Source: Kofleriaceae bacterium (GTDB lineage: Bacteria; Myxococcota_A; Polyangia; Haliangiales; Haliangiaceae). From it: DNA of 64,000 nucleotides. Below, piece by piece: positions 1 to 10,232 of this stretch. Both the position numbers and the translations under genes were made by a program. Each line of letters begins with the position of its first letter. Positions within the stretch are counted from its first letter, which is position 1. The stretch lies in assembly GCA_965215005.1 (NCBI GenBank), contig CBDCCZ010000054.1, positions 128,001 through 192,000 of the forward strand, written 5' to 3'. Below the pieces are notes generated by a model. That model was not told where the DNA came from. It ran no database searches and saw nothing but the letters and a program-made list of their open reading frames with translations.

Positions 1-52
1 CCCCGTGCGAAAACAGTAGCAAAGCAACTGGAGGCTGGGTACCTTCTCGCAC

Positions 53-538
53 ATGCGGCGTACTGAACTATTGATCGTGGCAAGTTTCGGTCTCGCAGCG
101 AGTGGGTGCGCAAGCGAGGCACTTTCTACTCAAACCGCGGAACAGCGCATCGTCGGTGAAACCGACAGCGGACTGCTCATGGAGGGTGTGGTTGCGCAGG
201 ACGAGGCGCATCTGTATCAGCTCACATTGCCAGAAGACGTGGACGGTGACGGCGCGGATGTCGTGATCGAGATGACGGGTGACGGCGACGCGGACCTCTA
301 CACCAACTTCATCGTGACTCCGAGCGATGAATCCTTCGCCTGCCGGCCGTACCGCGAAGGCAGCGACGAAACCTGCCTACACGTCCAGCAAGACGACCAA
401 ACCCTCTATGTCATGGTGAGAGGTTGGGAGCCGGCCAGTGCTTACCAGCTCATGGCCAGCAGCACGGACGGACCGATCGTAGCTGACGGGATCGGTACCA
501 GCCCCGCCTGCATCGGCGTTGGCTGCGTCCAAGAGTAA
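53..538 (+). CDS. Lipoprotein with PPC (pre-peptidase C-terminal) domain
   Basis: Lipobox LAASGC; GDGDADLY and CRPY..GSDETC...YVMVRG motifs typical of PPC domains. Confidence 0.75.
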   Translation: MRRTELLIVASFGLAASGCASEALSTQTAEQRIVGETDSGLLMEGVVAQDEAHLYQLTLPEDVDGDGADVVIEMTGDGDADLYTNFIVTPSDESFACRPYREGSDETCLHVQQDDQTLYVMVRGWEPASAYQLMASSTDGPIVADGIGTSPACIGVGCVQE

Positions 539-638
539 AGCAGCAGTCGCTCGGGGAGATGCTGAAGGGGGCGCGTGGGTAGCAGAAACTGCCGCCCTTG
601 CGCCGCATTTCTGAGCCATGAATCCCGCGGGCGGCGTG

Positions 639-932
639 CTAGTGCTTCTCTGGAAGTTCTTCTTCTTCTGCGCTCTGCAGCGTGGTCCGAATTGCTTCCG
701 CGACTCGGCGCCGGCGCTTTTCCTTAGCGTCTGAAACGATCTGAGAGATGTCGCCCACCAAACGCGCGAGCCTCTCGTTGTCGTGCTGCATGCGCGTGGC
801 CTCTTCCAGCAGCCATTCGAGATCTGCGATTGCTGCATGCCAGTCGTCGCTGGTTGGCTGCCCCGTGATTAACGCGTTGCGTCGCTTGTCTTGCCGCGCG
901 CGCACGCCCTCCAAGGTCGTCGGATCCATCAT
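639..932 (-). CDS. Small helical/coiled-coil hypothetical protein
   Basis: Protein-like composition (ADLEWLLEEATRMQHDNERL); start estimated at ATG 932. Confidence 0.55.
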   Translation of the reverse strand: MMDPTTLEGVRARQDKRRNALITGQPTSDDWHAAIADLEWLLEEATRMQHDNERLARLVGDISQIVSDAKEKRRRRVAEAIRTTLQSAEEEELPEKH

Positions 933-1128
933 CTCTAGATGTGAGCTGCTCAAGGCGTTGCGGCAACCGAAGCGCTACGATGGTGGCGTAAGGGCTTCTA
1001 GGTGCGGCTTTACCGTCCCACGGTCTCTCTAGGACGACTTGCACCGCTGCGCTACACTCGCGCCGCCGTCTCGACGATTCGCGTTGCTCTACGGCGGATT
1101 TCTGCGTCATGAGTCCCGCGGCGGCGCT

Positions 1129-1497
1129 CTAGTCGGGGCAGCCATCGGGGGACGCTGTGCCTGGCAGCTCCGCCTCTTGCGGGCAATTATCGACCACGTC
1201 TGCCAAGCCGTCGCCATCGCTATCGACGGAGGGACATCCTTCGAGACCGGGTCGACTTTTGTCATGCGCAGCGAGGTTGGGGCATTTGTCTTCGCCGGCA
1301 ACCACCGCGTCTCCGTCACCGTCGGTCACCGAGCGAGGGTGTGCAGGATCGGGATTAGGTGGCGGCGGTATGTTGTCATCGGCTTCGAACGAGGTCGTGT
1401 TGGCCGGCAGAATCGGCTCTTGCGGACTTGGCTCGGCAGGAGCCTTGTAAGGCGTAGAGCAGCCGGTGAGCGAGAGAACCATCGCCATTGCCAGCAT
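1129..1497 (-). CDS. Lipoprotein with thrombospondin type-3 (Ca-binding) repeats
   Basis: Lipobox LTGC; DGDGDAV..EDKCP, DSDGDGLADVVDNCP, DGCPD; start uncertain. Confidence 0.7.
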   Translation of the reverse strand: MLAMAMVLSLTGCSTPYKAPAEPSPQEPILPANTTSFEADDNIPPPPNPDPAHPRSVTDGDGDAVVAGEDKCPNLAAHDKSRPGLEGCPSVDSDGDGLADVVDNCPQEAELPGTASPDGCPD

Positions 1498-1681
1498 ACT
1501 GGTTATTCGGGACCGTTCGCAGAGGAGCCGCGCGGCGATGATGTTCTGAATGAGGGCCATCCGCTGAAGCGTCAGCATCCGTTGTGCCAATTATCACGAG
1601 GAGCTCGTGGGGCCGCACGACGAGCTCTAGGCGCGATGTGCCGGCCGCAACGTCACCGCGTGAACCGGAAGGCTTCGCAGC

Positions 1682-2677
1682 TCATAGCTTAGCGTCGAGC
1701 TCCCCGAGCGCGTCGTCGAGCTCATCGACGTCTCGCACGACCCGCACCGAGTCCTCCAGACCGCAGGCCGCTGCTGCGGCGGCATAGTGCGCTTCTTCGT
1801 GCGGACTCACTACGATGGCCATGGGCATTGCGAGGCGACGTAGCGTGCTTTCGAGCGCCACCGCGGCCGGCGCTCGATGAGCTCGATATCCGGCCTCGGC
1901 AAACAGATGCCGGTAACGTTCCGTGGTGACGAGCACGTCCACGTCGCGACGCCGCTCGAGCTTGCTCAGGTAACCTTCCAGTGCTGCCACAAAAGGCGCC
2001 GGTGGCGTCACGAACTCCACGCCGACCCCCGCGACGCGATTTCCGACGTACGCAGCAATGTCATCGAGCGTGAAGGTCACGCGTCCGTCGACGCGGTAGC
2101 GCCCATGCTCAGGAATCTCGACTTCGAGCTGGAGCCGATTTGCTGGCTCGAGCGTTGCGCCGCCGCGCAAAAAGAGGCCGCCGATCGAGAGATCGCACGC
2201 CGCATCGGACCGCCGCTGGCTGCCGCATTGATAGCGTACCGGCAGCCACACGCGCCAACGCGAATGTTTGCGGCGTTGCTCGGGCGCGTCGAGCGTTGCC
2301 GAGCCGCGGGCGAACAGCGCCTCCAAGTGCTCGCGCTGCAGGCCTTCGACGGCGCGCTCGAGCTCAGCGCGACCCACCGGCTTGGGCAACACGCGTCCGA
2401 GCAAGAGTGCCTCGGCAACGAGGGCACTGCTCGGATCGCTGCCGGTGCAGAACAAGATTGGTACCCGCGGAGCGACATCGCGAATCGCTCGTGCGAGCTC
2501 GACCCCATCCATGATGGGCATGTCGATGTCGCTCACGACGGCGTCGATATCGCTGTCAAACCGTTCGAGCGCGTCTGCCGGATGCTCCGAGAGAACCACC
2601 TCATGGCCGAGGCGCTGCAGCATGCGGCCGAGCATGGCCGCAACCTGACGCTCATCATCGACTACCAACACTTTCAT
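1682..2677 (-). CDS. Response regulator with receiver and PilZ domains
   Basis: MKVLVVDDE, SDIDMP, LPKP; PilZ RRKHSR and DLSIGG motifs; AGGAG SD before ATG 2677. Confidence 0.85.
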   Translation of the reverse strand: MKVLVVDDERQVAAMLGRMLQRLGHEVVLSEHPADALERFDSDIDAVVSDIDMPIMDGVELARAIRDVAPRVPILFCTGSDPSSALVAEALLLGRVLPKPVGRAELERAVEGLQREHLEALFARGSATLDAPEQRRKHSRWRVWLPVRYQCGSQRRSDAACDLSIGGLFLRGGATLEPANRLQLEVEIPEHGRYRVDGRVTFTLDDIAAYVGNRVAGVGVEFVTPPAPFVAALEGYLSKLERRRDVDVLVTTERYRHLFAEAGYRAHRAPAAVALESTLRRLAMPMAIVVSPHEEAHYAAAAAACGLEDSVRVVRDVDELDDALGELDAKL

Positions 2678-2862
2678 GTGCGACTCCTGCGCAGACCTAG
2701 TCCGGCCGCGACTCGCTCCCAATGCACAGCATGTTACGTGCCTTGGGACCGTAGATGGAATTTCGGAGCTTTACTGCCGTAACTGAAGTGTGGGTGCAAC
2801 TGTTTTTTACAGCGATAGGCAAGTTTGGTTTACGGCGTCGAGCAAGCGCAATCTGCAGCGAT

Positions 2863-2878
2863 TGCAACGCGACGGCCA
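2863..2878 (-). promoter_or_regulatory. Possible sigma54 -24/-12 promoter
   Basis: Minus strand TGGCCGTCGCGTTGCA (GG-N10-GC, TTGCA), about 190 bp upstream of the REC-PilZ gene. Confidence 0.3.
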
Positions 2879-2985
2879 TCACATGAGCAGATGTGAGCAA
2901 GGCCGGCGTGATAGCCGCTATGGCGTCTGCGCGGCATTCACTCTATCTTGGTAGGTTCAACATGGTGATCGAAGGCAATGCATCC

Positions 2986-4863
2986 ATGCGCAAGCAAGTA
3001 CGTTTGATTTGGCTATCGATCGCGTTCGCATCGTTGGCGATTGGTTGTGGCGATGAAGCCGGAAGCGGCGGCGACGGCGGTGGCGGAGAACCAGTCTTGC
3101 AGAGCATCGCCGTCGAGCCTGAGAACGCGACCTTGATCATCGATGGCGACGTTGCGGCGACGGAACAGTATCGAGCGGTGGGAACCTACTCCGATGGCGC
3201 GACCCGCGATATCAGCGATGAGGTCACGTTCTTCGTCGACGACGTGGAGCTCGGGCGCTTCGACGGCGCCACGTTCACCAGCGATGTTCGTAAGGGCGGA
3301 CAAACCACCGTCCGCGCGACCCACGATAGCGTTTCAGGCTTGGCAGTGCTCACGCTGGTGATCCGCCAGCGCCACGGTGATCCCCAAGCGACCGACTTGC
3401 CGACCGATCCTGCGGCGCCTTTCGAAGGACCGGCAGACCCAGATCGTGCACCGAGCTTGGTATATCCGGCTGACGGCGTGCTGCTGCCACCAAATCTCGA
3501 GGCGCTCGAGGTTCATTTCATGCCGGGCCTTGAGAACACCTTGTTCGAGCTCTCGTTTGCGAGCGAGTACACCGATGTAAAGGTGTTTACGCGCTGCGTG
3601 ATGCCGCTCAACGGCGGTTGCATCTACACCCCCGACGAAGACGTTTGGCGCTGGATCGCAGAGTCGAACCGCGGCTCCAATCCGCTCACGGTGAGCGTCC
3701 GAGGAACCGATGACGCGGGCACCGCGGTCGGTAGCTCGGAATCCTTGTCGGTCTCGTTCTCACAAGACAACATCGACGGAGGCATCTACTACTGGACCAC
3801 GTCGAGCACGGCAGACAGCGCCACGGCCATCATGCGCTATGACTTTGGTGCCGACACTCGCGTTCCGCCGGAGCGGTTCATCGGTACCGAGATGACAAAC
3901 TCCAACTGCGTGGGCTGCCATGCGCTGTCGCCAAATGGTGAGAGCATGGTCGTGGCGTCCGATGCCTCGTTTGGTGCGCTGGTGCTGCTGCTAGACGTCT
4001 CTACCAAGACGGCGAAAGTACCCTTTGGCTCGTCACCGCGCAGCGCGTTCTCATCGTGGAATCCTGAGGGAAGCCAGTACGTGGGCGTGTTTGCCAACGA
4101 TGCAGTCGATGGCTTCTTGAGTTGGAACCTCAACCTCTTCGATGGCGAGACCGGAGCGAGTGTAGGCACGATCGACGTCGGGGGCACCAAAGCAACTCCA
4201 GCAAGCCATCCAGACTGGTCACCTACCGGCGATGCCATTGCCTACACGCGCGTCGGGCAAACTCGTGAGGAGCGCATCTCGCTAGCCCGGGACATTTACG
4301 AGAACTCGCTGCGGGTGGTCACTAGAGACGGCAATGGCCAGTGGTCGGCGCCGGTGGAGCTGACCGCGGCAGTCACCGGCGAGAGCACGCACTATCCGAC
4401 GTTCTCTCCGTCTGGTGAGCTGCTGGCGTACAACCGCTCCGTCTGCGCCGACGGAGCAAACGGTGTCGACTGCGACGCGTATGACGATCCGGGCGCGGCG
4501 CTGTGGATCATGGAGCCCACTGCCGGCGCTGAGCCAATCAGCATGGCTCGTGCCGACGCTCCGGGCACCACTGATACCGCAGCGGTGGTGCAAAACTCGT
4601 ATCCGAAGTGGTCTCCGTTCACGTTTCGGCGCAGTGGCGAGATGGGCTCTCGGCTGCACTGGATAACCTTCTCGTCCAATCGCAACTATGGCCTACGCAC
4701 GCCGCCTGCGGGCAACACGTTGATCTGGATGGCCGCCATCGATCCCGATGCGGCTCTGCGCGGAGAAGATCCGAGCTTCACCGCCTTCGCGTTGCCCTTC
4801 CAAGATCTTGCAACCGACAATCACACCGCGCAGTGGACCCAAGAGATCATCTCGATCGAGTGA
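2986..4863 (+). CDS. Lipoprotein with Ig-like domain and TolB/PD40-like beta-propeller; single CxxCH
   Basis: Lipobox LAIGC; LQSIAVEP Ig start; PDWSPTG, PTFSPSG, PKWSP repeats; CVGCH. Confidence 0.8.
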   Translation: MRKQVRLIWLSIAFASLAIGCGDEAGSGGDGGGGEPVLQSIAVEPENATLIIDGDVAATEQYRAVGTYSDGATRDISDEVTFFVDDVELGRFDGATFTSDVRKGGQTTVRATHDSVSGLAVLTLVIRQRHGDPQATDLPTDPAAPFEGPADPDRAPSLVYPADGVLLPPNLEALEVHFMPGLENTLFELSFASEYTDVKVFTRCVMPLNGGCIYTPDEDVWRWIAESNRGSNPLTVSVRGTDDAGTAVGSSESLSVSFSQDNIDGGIYYWTTSSTADSATAIMRYDFGADTRVPPERFIGTEMTNSNCVGCHALSPNGESMVVASDASFGALVLLLDVSTKTAKVPFGSSPRSAFSSWNPEGSQYVGVFANDAVDGFLSWNLNLFDGETGASVGTIDVGGTKATPASHPDWSPTGDAIAYTRVGQTREERISLARDIYENSLRVVTRDGNGQWSAPVELTAAVTGESTHYPTFSPSGELLAYNRSVCADGANGVDCDAYDDPGAALWIMEPTAGAEPISMARADAPGTTDTAAVVQNSYPKWSPFTFRRSGEMGSRLHWITFSSNRNYGLRTPPAGNTLIWMAAIDPDAALRGEDPSFTAFALPFQDLATDNHTAQWTQEIISIE

Positions 4864-5473
4864 GCGCGCTCGGCAGTGGCTGCCAGCCGCTGCTGGTTTG
4901 CTCAAACACGTAGAGGCCGCCGGAATCGAGGCCGACAGCATCACGCTCGGCAGCTCCAATCGCCAACAGTCCATTGCTGAGTGCTACGGCGCTCCCGAAC
5001 CTGTCTTCAGCGATAGGCTCGGGAGCTATGATCCGCGCGCCTTCGTCCCAGCCTTCGGGGCCGCGCGAAAAGACATACACCGCACCCGCATCGCGGACCA
5101 AGCCGAGGTCCACGTCGGGCGCGCCCACTACCAAGACATCGCCGGCAACCGCAAGCGCGGCCCCGAAGTTGTCTTGTGGCCGCGCGTCCGGGGCGAGCAG
5201 CTCGCCAGTCATCATCCAGACTCCGGCTTCGCGCCGGAATAGGGTCACCGAGCCGGCGTCGCGGCCGGCCACCGTGTCGTCGTTGGGAACACCAACTAAC
5301 AGCGACTCCCCATCGAATGCGACCGCTGCGCCAAACCGATCGAGTGGCGCGGTGGTATCGCCCGCGAGCACCGGATCGGCGACGGGAACCGCGGCATCCA
5401 TTCTCGCATCTGTCGAATCGTCGCAACCGCTCACGACCAGTGTCGTCAAGACCATCAGCGTTCTCGTCTGCAC
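4847..5473 (-). CDS. FG-GAP repeat lipoprotein (short)
   Basis: Lipobox VSGC; three DxFGxAVA..G..LxVGA repeats. Confidence 0.75.
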   Translation of the reverse strand: MQTRTLMVLTTLVVSGCDDSTDARMDAAVPVADPVLAGDTTAPLDRFGAAVAFDGESLLVGVPNDDTVAGRDAGSVTLFRREAGVWMMTGELLAPDARPQDNFGAALAVAGDVLVVGAPDVDLGLVRDAGAVYVFSRGPEGWDEGARIIAPEPIAEDRFGSAVALSNGLLAIGAAERDAVGLDSGGLYVFEQTSSGWQPLPSALTRSR

Positions 5474-5583
5474 ACTTGCTACGGTAGCAGCCGGCGCGGC
5501 ACCTGCGCAGGTTAGTGACCGCGTGCCACAGCGGCGCTGCTAGTAAGCTCGTCCCAGCCGGAGGCGACGCTAGCGCCGGCCAC

Positions 5584-6072
5584 TCACGAGAGCTCGGTAA
5601 TGTGGAGGTTGCGGACGCCGCGGGGCGTCCGAAGGTCTAGCTCATCGTCAAGGTGCTTGCCGATGAGCGCGCGGCCGAGGGGCGAGCCGCTGGTGATCAC
5701 TGCGATGCGTTCGCCGTGGAGGTCGAGCTCGAGACCGCCGCCGGCCGGAGCCAAAAAGTACGACCGCTCGTCGTCCGCCTCGTCGGTTACCGTCACGAGC
5801 GCGCCTAAGGCGATTGCCTCGTCGGCGGTGAATGAGCGTGGGCGAAACGCCGCCAGCTGCACAGCCGCGAGCTCGAGCTCATGAACCCGTTTTGCCAGCC
5901 CGCGGGCGAGATAACTGGCCTCGAGAGCACGAGTGTCCTTGTCGTTTTCCGGCTTGGCCTCTTCGTGGGTCGCGCCACTGTGCGCATCTTTCTGCGACGC
6001 GGTGGCTGCTGACAGGTCGTGAGCGATGCGCTGGCGCAGCGTGTCGAGCAGGGCGAGCTTGTCTCGGCGCAT
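5584..6072 (-). CDS. GreA/GreB family transcription elongation factor paralog
   Basis: ATHEEAKPENDKDTRALEASYLARG; IALGALV; SPLGRALIGK. Confidence 0.85.
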   Translation of the reverse strand: MRRDKLALLDTLRQRIAHDLSAATASQKDAHSGATHEEAKPENDKDTRALEASYLARGLAKRVHELELAAVQLAAFRPRSFTADEAIALGALVTVTDEADDERSYFLAPAGGGLELDLHGERIAVITSGSPLGRALIGKHLDDELDLRTPRGVRNLHITELS

Positions 6073-6088
6073 GAAAGACGCGTTGCCT

Positions 6089-6388
6089 CTACTCGACCGC
6101 CGCCGCGATATCGGCCGCCGCTACGCCTTTTTCTATCATGCAGTTGGTGGCCTTCTCGGTGGCCTTCTGCAGCGACTCGGCCGCGCTCTTCGAAACTTTC
6201 TTTTCTTTGTTCTTAGCGACGAACGCCTCGAACTCCTCGAGCTTGGCCTCAGCGCACTCCTGATCACCGCACGCGCACGCTGCATCGGCGAGCAGCTCCA
6301 TGTCCTTTGCGAGCTGGTCATCGCCGCAGCTGGCGGTGGCGAGAAGCGCGAGACCCATGAGTAGTAGCGCGGAGCGGATGTTCTTCAC
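6089..6388 (-). CDS. Small Cys-containing lipoprotein
   Basis: GAGG SD; lipobox TASC; CACGDQEC helical domain. Confidence 0.75.
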   Translation of the reverse strand: MKNIRSALLLMGLALLATASCGDDQLAKDMELLADAACACGDQECAEAKLEEFEAFVAKNKEKKVSKSAAESLQKATEKATNCMIEKGVAAADIAAAVE

Positions 6389-6458
6389 TTGGTCCTCGAT
6401 TCGCTATGGTTGAGCAATGGGCTAGCAACCGGTGCGCCGAGTGTAAACCGAAGTGAGC

Positions 6459-7676
6459 CTAGAGGGCGCGCCGGGGTGGAACCGTGGCGTTGGCAACCAA
6501 CAGGCCGGTGACGATGGCCGCGGCGACGACGAACATGTGAAACAGCGTGTCGATTCCGGTGAGGGTATCCTGGTTGAGCAGGGCGGAGATGCCTTGAAAG
6601 CCCACGCTTCCGGGAACCAGCAGCAAAATTGCCGGCACCAGAGTCTCGGTGGCAGGCCGGCGCAGCGCGCGCGCGTAGGCATTGCTTCCCGCTCCAACGG
6701 CAAAGGCGCCAGCAAAGACGCCCAGCTCCGGACCCAGCAGCCACGCTCCGAGGCGCGAGCCCCAAAAGCCGAGGAAGCACATGCCCGTGATCCAAATAAT
6801 CGCCCGCGGACGCGCCTGAAACAGCGCTACCAGCGCAACGGCCGCGACAGCGAGCGCGGCGAGCTGCGTCCAGAAAGGCAGCGTTCCTCCTCCTGCGCGG
6901 GAAATCGGTGGCGCCAGCTCAGTCGCCAACGCGACCCCCACCGCCATTTCCAAGAACACGATGACCGCCGCCATTAGCCGAGCGGTGCCGGAAACCAAAT
7001 TGCGGGTCGCCAGCTCCGACATCGCGACCGTGAGAGTGAGGCCAGGAATCAAGACGATCAGCCCGGCCAGGGTCGTGAGCGAGGCCGAGACATCGCTGCG
7101 CAGCGCGGCCATGGCAGTGGCCATGAGCGAGGCGGAAAATGCCGCGGCAAGCTCGAACACGCGCGTGCCTTCAGGACGCCTGCCGAGCAGTTTGGAGAGG
7201 ACGCCGATGACGAGCCCGATACCTGCTCCGGTGGCAATCTCGGCCGCACCGCCGCCGAAGAAGCGAGCCGCCGCGCCCGACACCAGCCCATACGCGAGCA
7301 CGATCCAGCCGGCGCCAAAACGCGGCGGTGCTTCATCGATGGCGCGCAGCGCCACGAGAGCCTCATCGCAGTCGATGCCGCCGCTGGTGACTCGCTCGAC
7401 CAACGCGTCGAGCTGCACCAGCTTTTCGAGGTTCATCTCGCCAGCCTCGACGCGCATCACCGCAGCGTGACCGTCGCCGAAGCTGGCCATGAGTGAGGTG
7501 GGCGTGGAGAAGAATTCGCCACGCAACTCGAGGCTGGAGGACATGGTCACCATGGCCTGCTCGAGGCGATGCGCCGGCGTGCCGTAGCGGGCAAGCGTGC
7601 GGCCGACCTCGAGTATCAAGGTCTGGGCTTTGCTGCCAGCGCGTGCTGGGCGAGGAATGGCGGGCAAGAGACTCAT
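6459..7676 (-). CDS. thrE: Threonine/serine exporter (ThrE family)
   Basis: GTPAHRLE, FSTPTS, VLIPG, LLVPGS; about 10 TM segments. Confidence 0.85.
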   Translation of the reverse strand: MSLLPAIPRPARAGSKAQTLILEVGRTLARYGTPAHRLEQAMVTMSSSLELRGEFFSTPTSLMASFGDGHAAVMRVEAGEMNLEKLVQLDALVERVTSGGIDCDEALVALRAIDEAPPRFGAGWIVLAYGLVSGAAARFFGGGAAEIATGAGIGLVIGVLSKLLGRRPEGTRVFELAAAFSASLMATAMAALRSDVSASLTTLAGLIVLIPGLTLTVAMSELATRNLVSGTARLMAAVIVFLEMAVGVALATELAPPISRAGGGTLPFWTQLAALAVAAVALVALFQARPRAIIWITGMCFLGFWGSRLGAWLLGPELGVFAGAFAVGAGSNAYARALRRPATETLVPAILLLVPGSVGFQGISALLNQDTLTGIDTLFHMFVVAAAIVTGLLVANATVPPRRAL

Positions 7677-7763
7677 GACGCGGTACAGCTACGTCGTTCT
7701 GTCACAGGGAGATTTCACGAGGATATGTTTGGCTGCTGCGCGAAACAAGCAAATAAAAATCGA

Positions 7764-8351
7764 CTACGGCCCCGACCTGCCGAACCCGCCTCTCCCGGCA
7801 GGAACGACCGCGGCGGCTTCCGTGGCGGCGACAGAGGCGCTACGGCATAGCGCTCGGGCGTCGCGGCGCAGCGCTTCGGAAGGAAAGGTTCCCTCGCAGT
7901 AGATCCATATGGAGCCGTCGATGGAACGGACGTAGGCGAGTCCATGCTCAAACAGGCCGTACTCGCGCATTCCCTCGATGATGAAGCCATCGGCGGTGGT
8001 CTCGGTGTGGCGCACCGAGGCAAAGCGGTCGAGGGTGTCGCCTTGTGCGACCTGCTCCAAGAAGGGCTCGAGCTCGCGAGGAAACCGCGTCGGCAGCTCG
8101 GAGATCGTTAGCTCAGCAGCGCGGCCGTCAGCCAGGGGGCTACTGAAGAGCTGCAGGCGCCGGTCGGCGAGGTATGTGCCGCTCCATCCCGCGAGCGGCG
8201 TGACGCGGAGTCGAGCGAGCGGCGCGACGTCGGTGGAAGGCGCGGCGCGACGCGGCGTGTCGGAGGCGGTGTCGCTCGAGCGAGGTGGATCGTCACCAGA
8301 GCGGCAGGCGGTGCTGCAGACGAGCAACAGAAGGAACCAACGCATGCACAT
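7764..8351 (-). CDS. Hypothetical lipoprotein
   Basis: MRWFLLLLVCSTAC signal/lipobox. Confidence 0.6.
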   Translation of the reverse strand: MCMRWFLLLLVCSTACRSGDDPPRSSDTASDTPRRAAPSTDVAPLARLRVTPLAGWSGTYLADRRLQLFSSPLADGRAAELTISELPTRFPRELEPFLEQVAQGDTLDRFASVRHTETTADGFIIEGMREYGLFEHGLAYVRSIDGSIWIYCEGTFPSEALRRDARALCRSASVAATEAAAVVPAGRGGFGRSGP

Positions 8352-8405
8352 ATGGTCCCTGGCGCGGGCGCGGTTGTCGAGGAGCGTCTGCGTGGGTGCT
8401 CAGCT

Positions 8406-8648
8406 TCAGCGCTTATCTTCGCGCCAGGCGATATCGACGTCCTCGGCCGGCCCCATCGCGCCTTCTAGGAGGGTGAGTAGGCTCGGGTCGCAACCGCGGT
8501 CGCGGAACATCTCAATCGTATCGCGACTGATGTAGTAGTCGCGATCTTGCGTGTCCTCCTCTTCGAGGTTGTCGATGAGGAATTTTAGCTGGAGGTCGGA
8601 GATCGTGCCGATCTCGGCACCGGTGTCAGGTCGGTAGAGTTGTGGCAT
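8406..8648 (-). CDS. Small acidic conserved-type hypothetical protein
   Basis: IGTISDLQLKFLIDNLEEEDTQDRDYYISRDTIEM. Confidence 0.75.
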   Translation of the reverse strand: MPQLYRPDTGAEIGTISDLQLKFLIDNLEEEDTQDRDYYISRDTIEMFRDRGCDPSLLTLLEGAMGPAEDVDIAWREDKR

Positions 8649-8748
8649 GAGCGGAGTGTGGCGCGAGCTCGCGAATGTAGTCAACATCGCGAGGCTGGTG
8701 ACGAACATCCCCGATTCGCTTGCGGAGGCGAGTTGTTACAGTTGAGTC

Positions 8749-9843
8749 ATGTCTGAGCGCATCTATACGTTGCCGGTGGAGGAAACCAAGTGGGAGACAT
8801 CGTTTGGAGGGAAGGTCGCGTTCACCTGGGACTATGACGAGAGCCGGGACAAGTTGCTCTCCCTTTATGAGAAGGGCAAGAACCTGCAATGGAACGCAAA
8901 GGAGCGTATCGATTGGTCTCTGGAAGTCGATCGAACCAATCCGCTTCACGCACCGGATATGTACAACCCGCTATTTGGTACTGAGTTGTGGAACAAGCTC
9001 GATGCCAAGCAACAGGGTGAGGTGCGACTCCATCAAGTAGCATGGCAGTTCTCACAGTTTCTTCATGGCGAGCAGGGCGCTCTCATATGCGCTGCCAAGA
9101 TCGTGCAGACGGTGCCCGACTTGGACGCAAAGTTCTACGCTGCCACTCAAGTGATGGATGAGGCGCGCCACGTCGAGGTATACGCCCGCTATCTCAACGA
9201 GAAGCTCGGCGTGGCGTATCCAATCAACCCGCATCTAAAGACGCTGCTCGACCAGATCATCTCGGACTCCCGCTGGGACTTCACGTACCTCGGGATGCAG
9301 ATCTTGGTGGAAGGTCTGGCGTTGGCCGCCTTTGGTACCATCCGCGATGTCGTGGCGGAGCCGCTGGCGGTGGCGCTCAATGCGTACGTGATGCAGGATG
9401 AGGCCCGTCACGTGGCATTTGGGCGCTTCGCCCTGCGCGACTATTACCCGCAGCTCACCGACGCCGAGCGCGCCGAGCGCGAGGAGTTTTGCGTAGAAGC
9501 ATGTCATCTGATGCGCGATCGCTTTTTGGCGGAGGAGATGTGGCGTCATCTCGGCATGCCCGATGAGGCCGTAGAGCACATGCGCAACTCACTCGGGATG
9601 CGCGAGTTCCAAAAGTTCTTGTTCTCCCGCGTAGTGCCAGCGCTGCGTGAGATTGGGCTATGGGGGCCGCGAGTACAAAAGGCGTTCGCTGACATGGGCG
9701 TCTTGGGATTTGCGCACCTCGATCTCGATCAAATGGGCGAGGTCGATGAGGCGAAAGCACTGGCGCTCGACGCTGAACGCACCCAACGCGCCGCTCACGA
9801 CAATGTCGTCGAGGTGATCGCGCTGGCGAAGTCTGCCTGTTGA
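8749..9843 (+). CDS. Ferritin-like diiron oxygenase (AurF/para-aminobenzoate N-oxygenase-like)
   Basis: HGEQGAL, two DEARH motifs, VEGLA. Confidence 0.85.
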   Translation: MSERIYTLPVEETKWETSFGGKVAFTWDYDESRDKLLSLYEKGKNLQWNAKERIDWSLEVDRTNPLHAPDMYNPLFGTELWNKLDAKQQGEVRLHQVAWQFSQFLHGEQGALICAAKIVQTVPDLDAKFYAATQVMDEARHVEVYARYLNEKLGVAYPINPHLKTLLDQIISDSRWDFTYLGMQILVEGLALAAFGTIRDVVAEPLAVALNAYVMQDEARHVAFGRFALRDYYPQLTDAERAEREEFCVEACHLMRDRFLAEEMWRHLGMPDEAVEHMRNSLGMREFQKFLFSRVVPALREIGLWGPRVQKAFADMGVLGFAHLDLDQMGEVDEAKALALDAERTQRAAHDNVVEVIALAKSAC

Positions 9844-10232
9844 GCCCGAAGCGATGGCTTGGTGGCGTGGCGCTGCTCGGGCGGTGATGGCTCACAGCCA
9901 GCGTCCCCGCTCGCCACTGGCGGTGGCGCCGCGAGCAGGCGACTCGAAAGAGTAGGGGCCTGCGGCCTCCACATCAAGTCTTGCACCGCGTGCGCAGCCC
10001 GCGTACACCTTCGCGTTCCCCGGCCGCCGAAGTCACTGCTGCATAGGCGCCCGTGTCGGAGCTCAATGCGTAGTATCCTGGTTCTTCAGCGCGTGTCGCT
10101 GGGTCATCGTTTCGGCGTTGCAATGGTGAGCGACTCGAGACCTACCACGCGTATGGCGCCGCGCTTCTACTCGATAGCGGCATTCACCCAACGGTCCGAT
10201 GCAGCACGGGCCCTTACAATGAGCAGTTCATC

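Noticed and set aside
9930..9980. Resemblance to a c-di-GMP-I riboswitch (TCGAAAGAGT..GCCTCC)
   Set aside because: Lacks the conserved GCAAA segments and a convincing second stem
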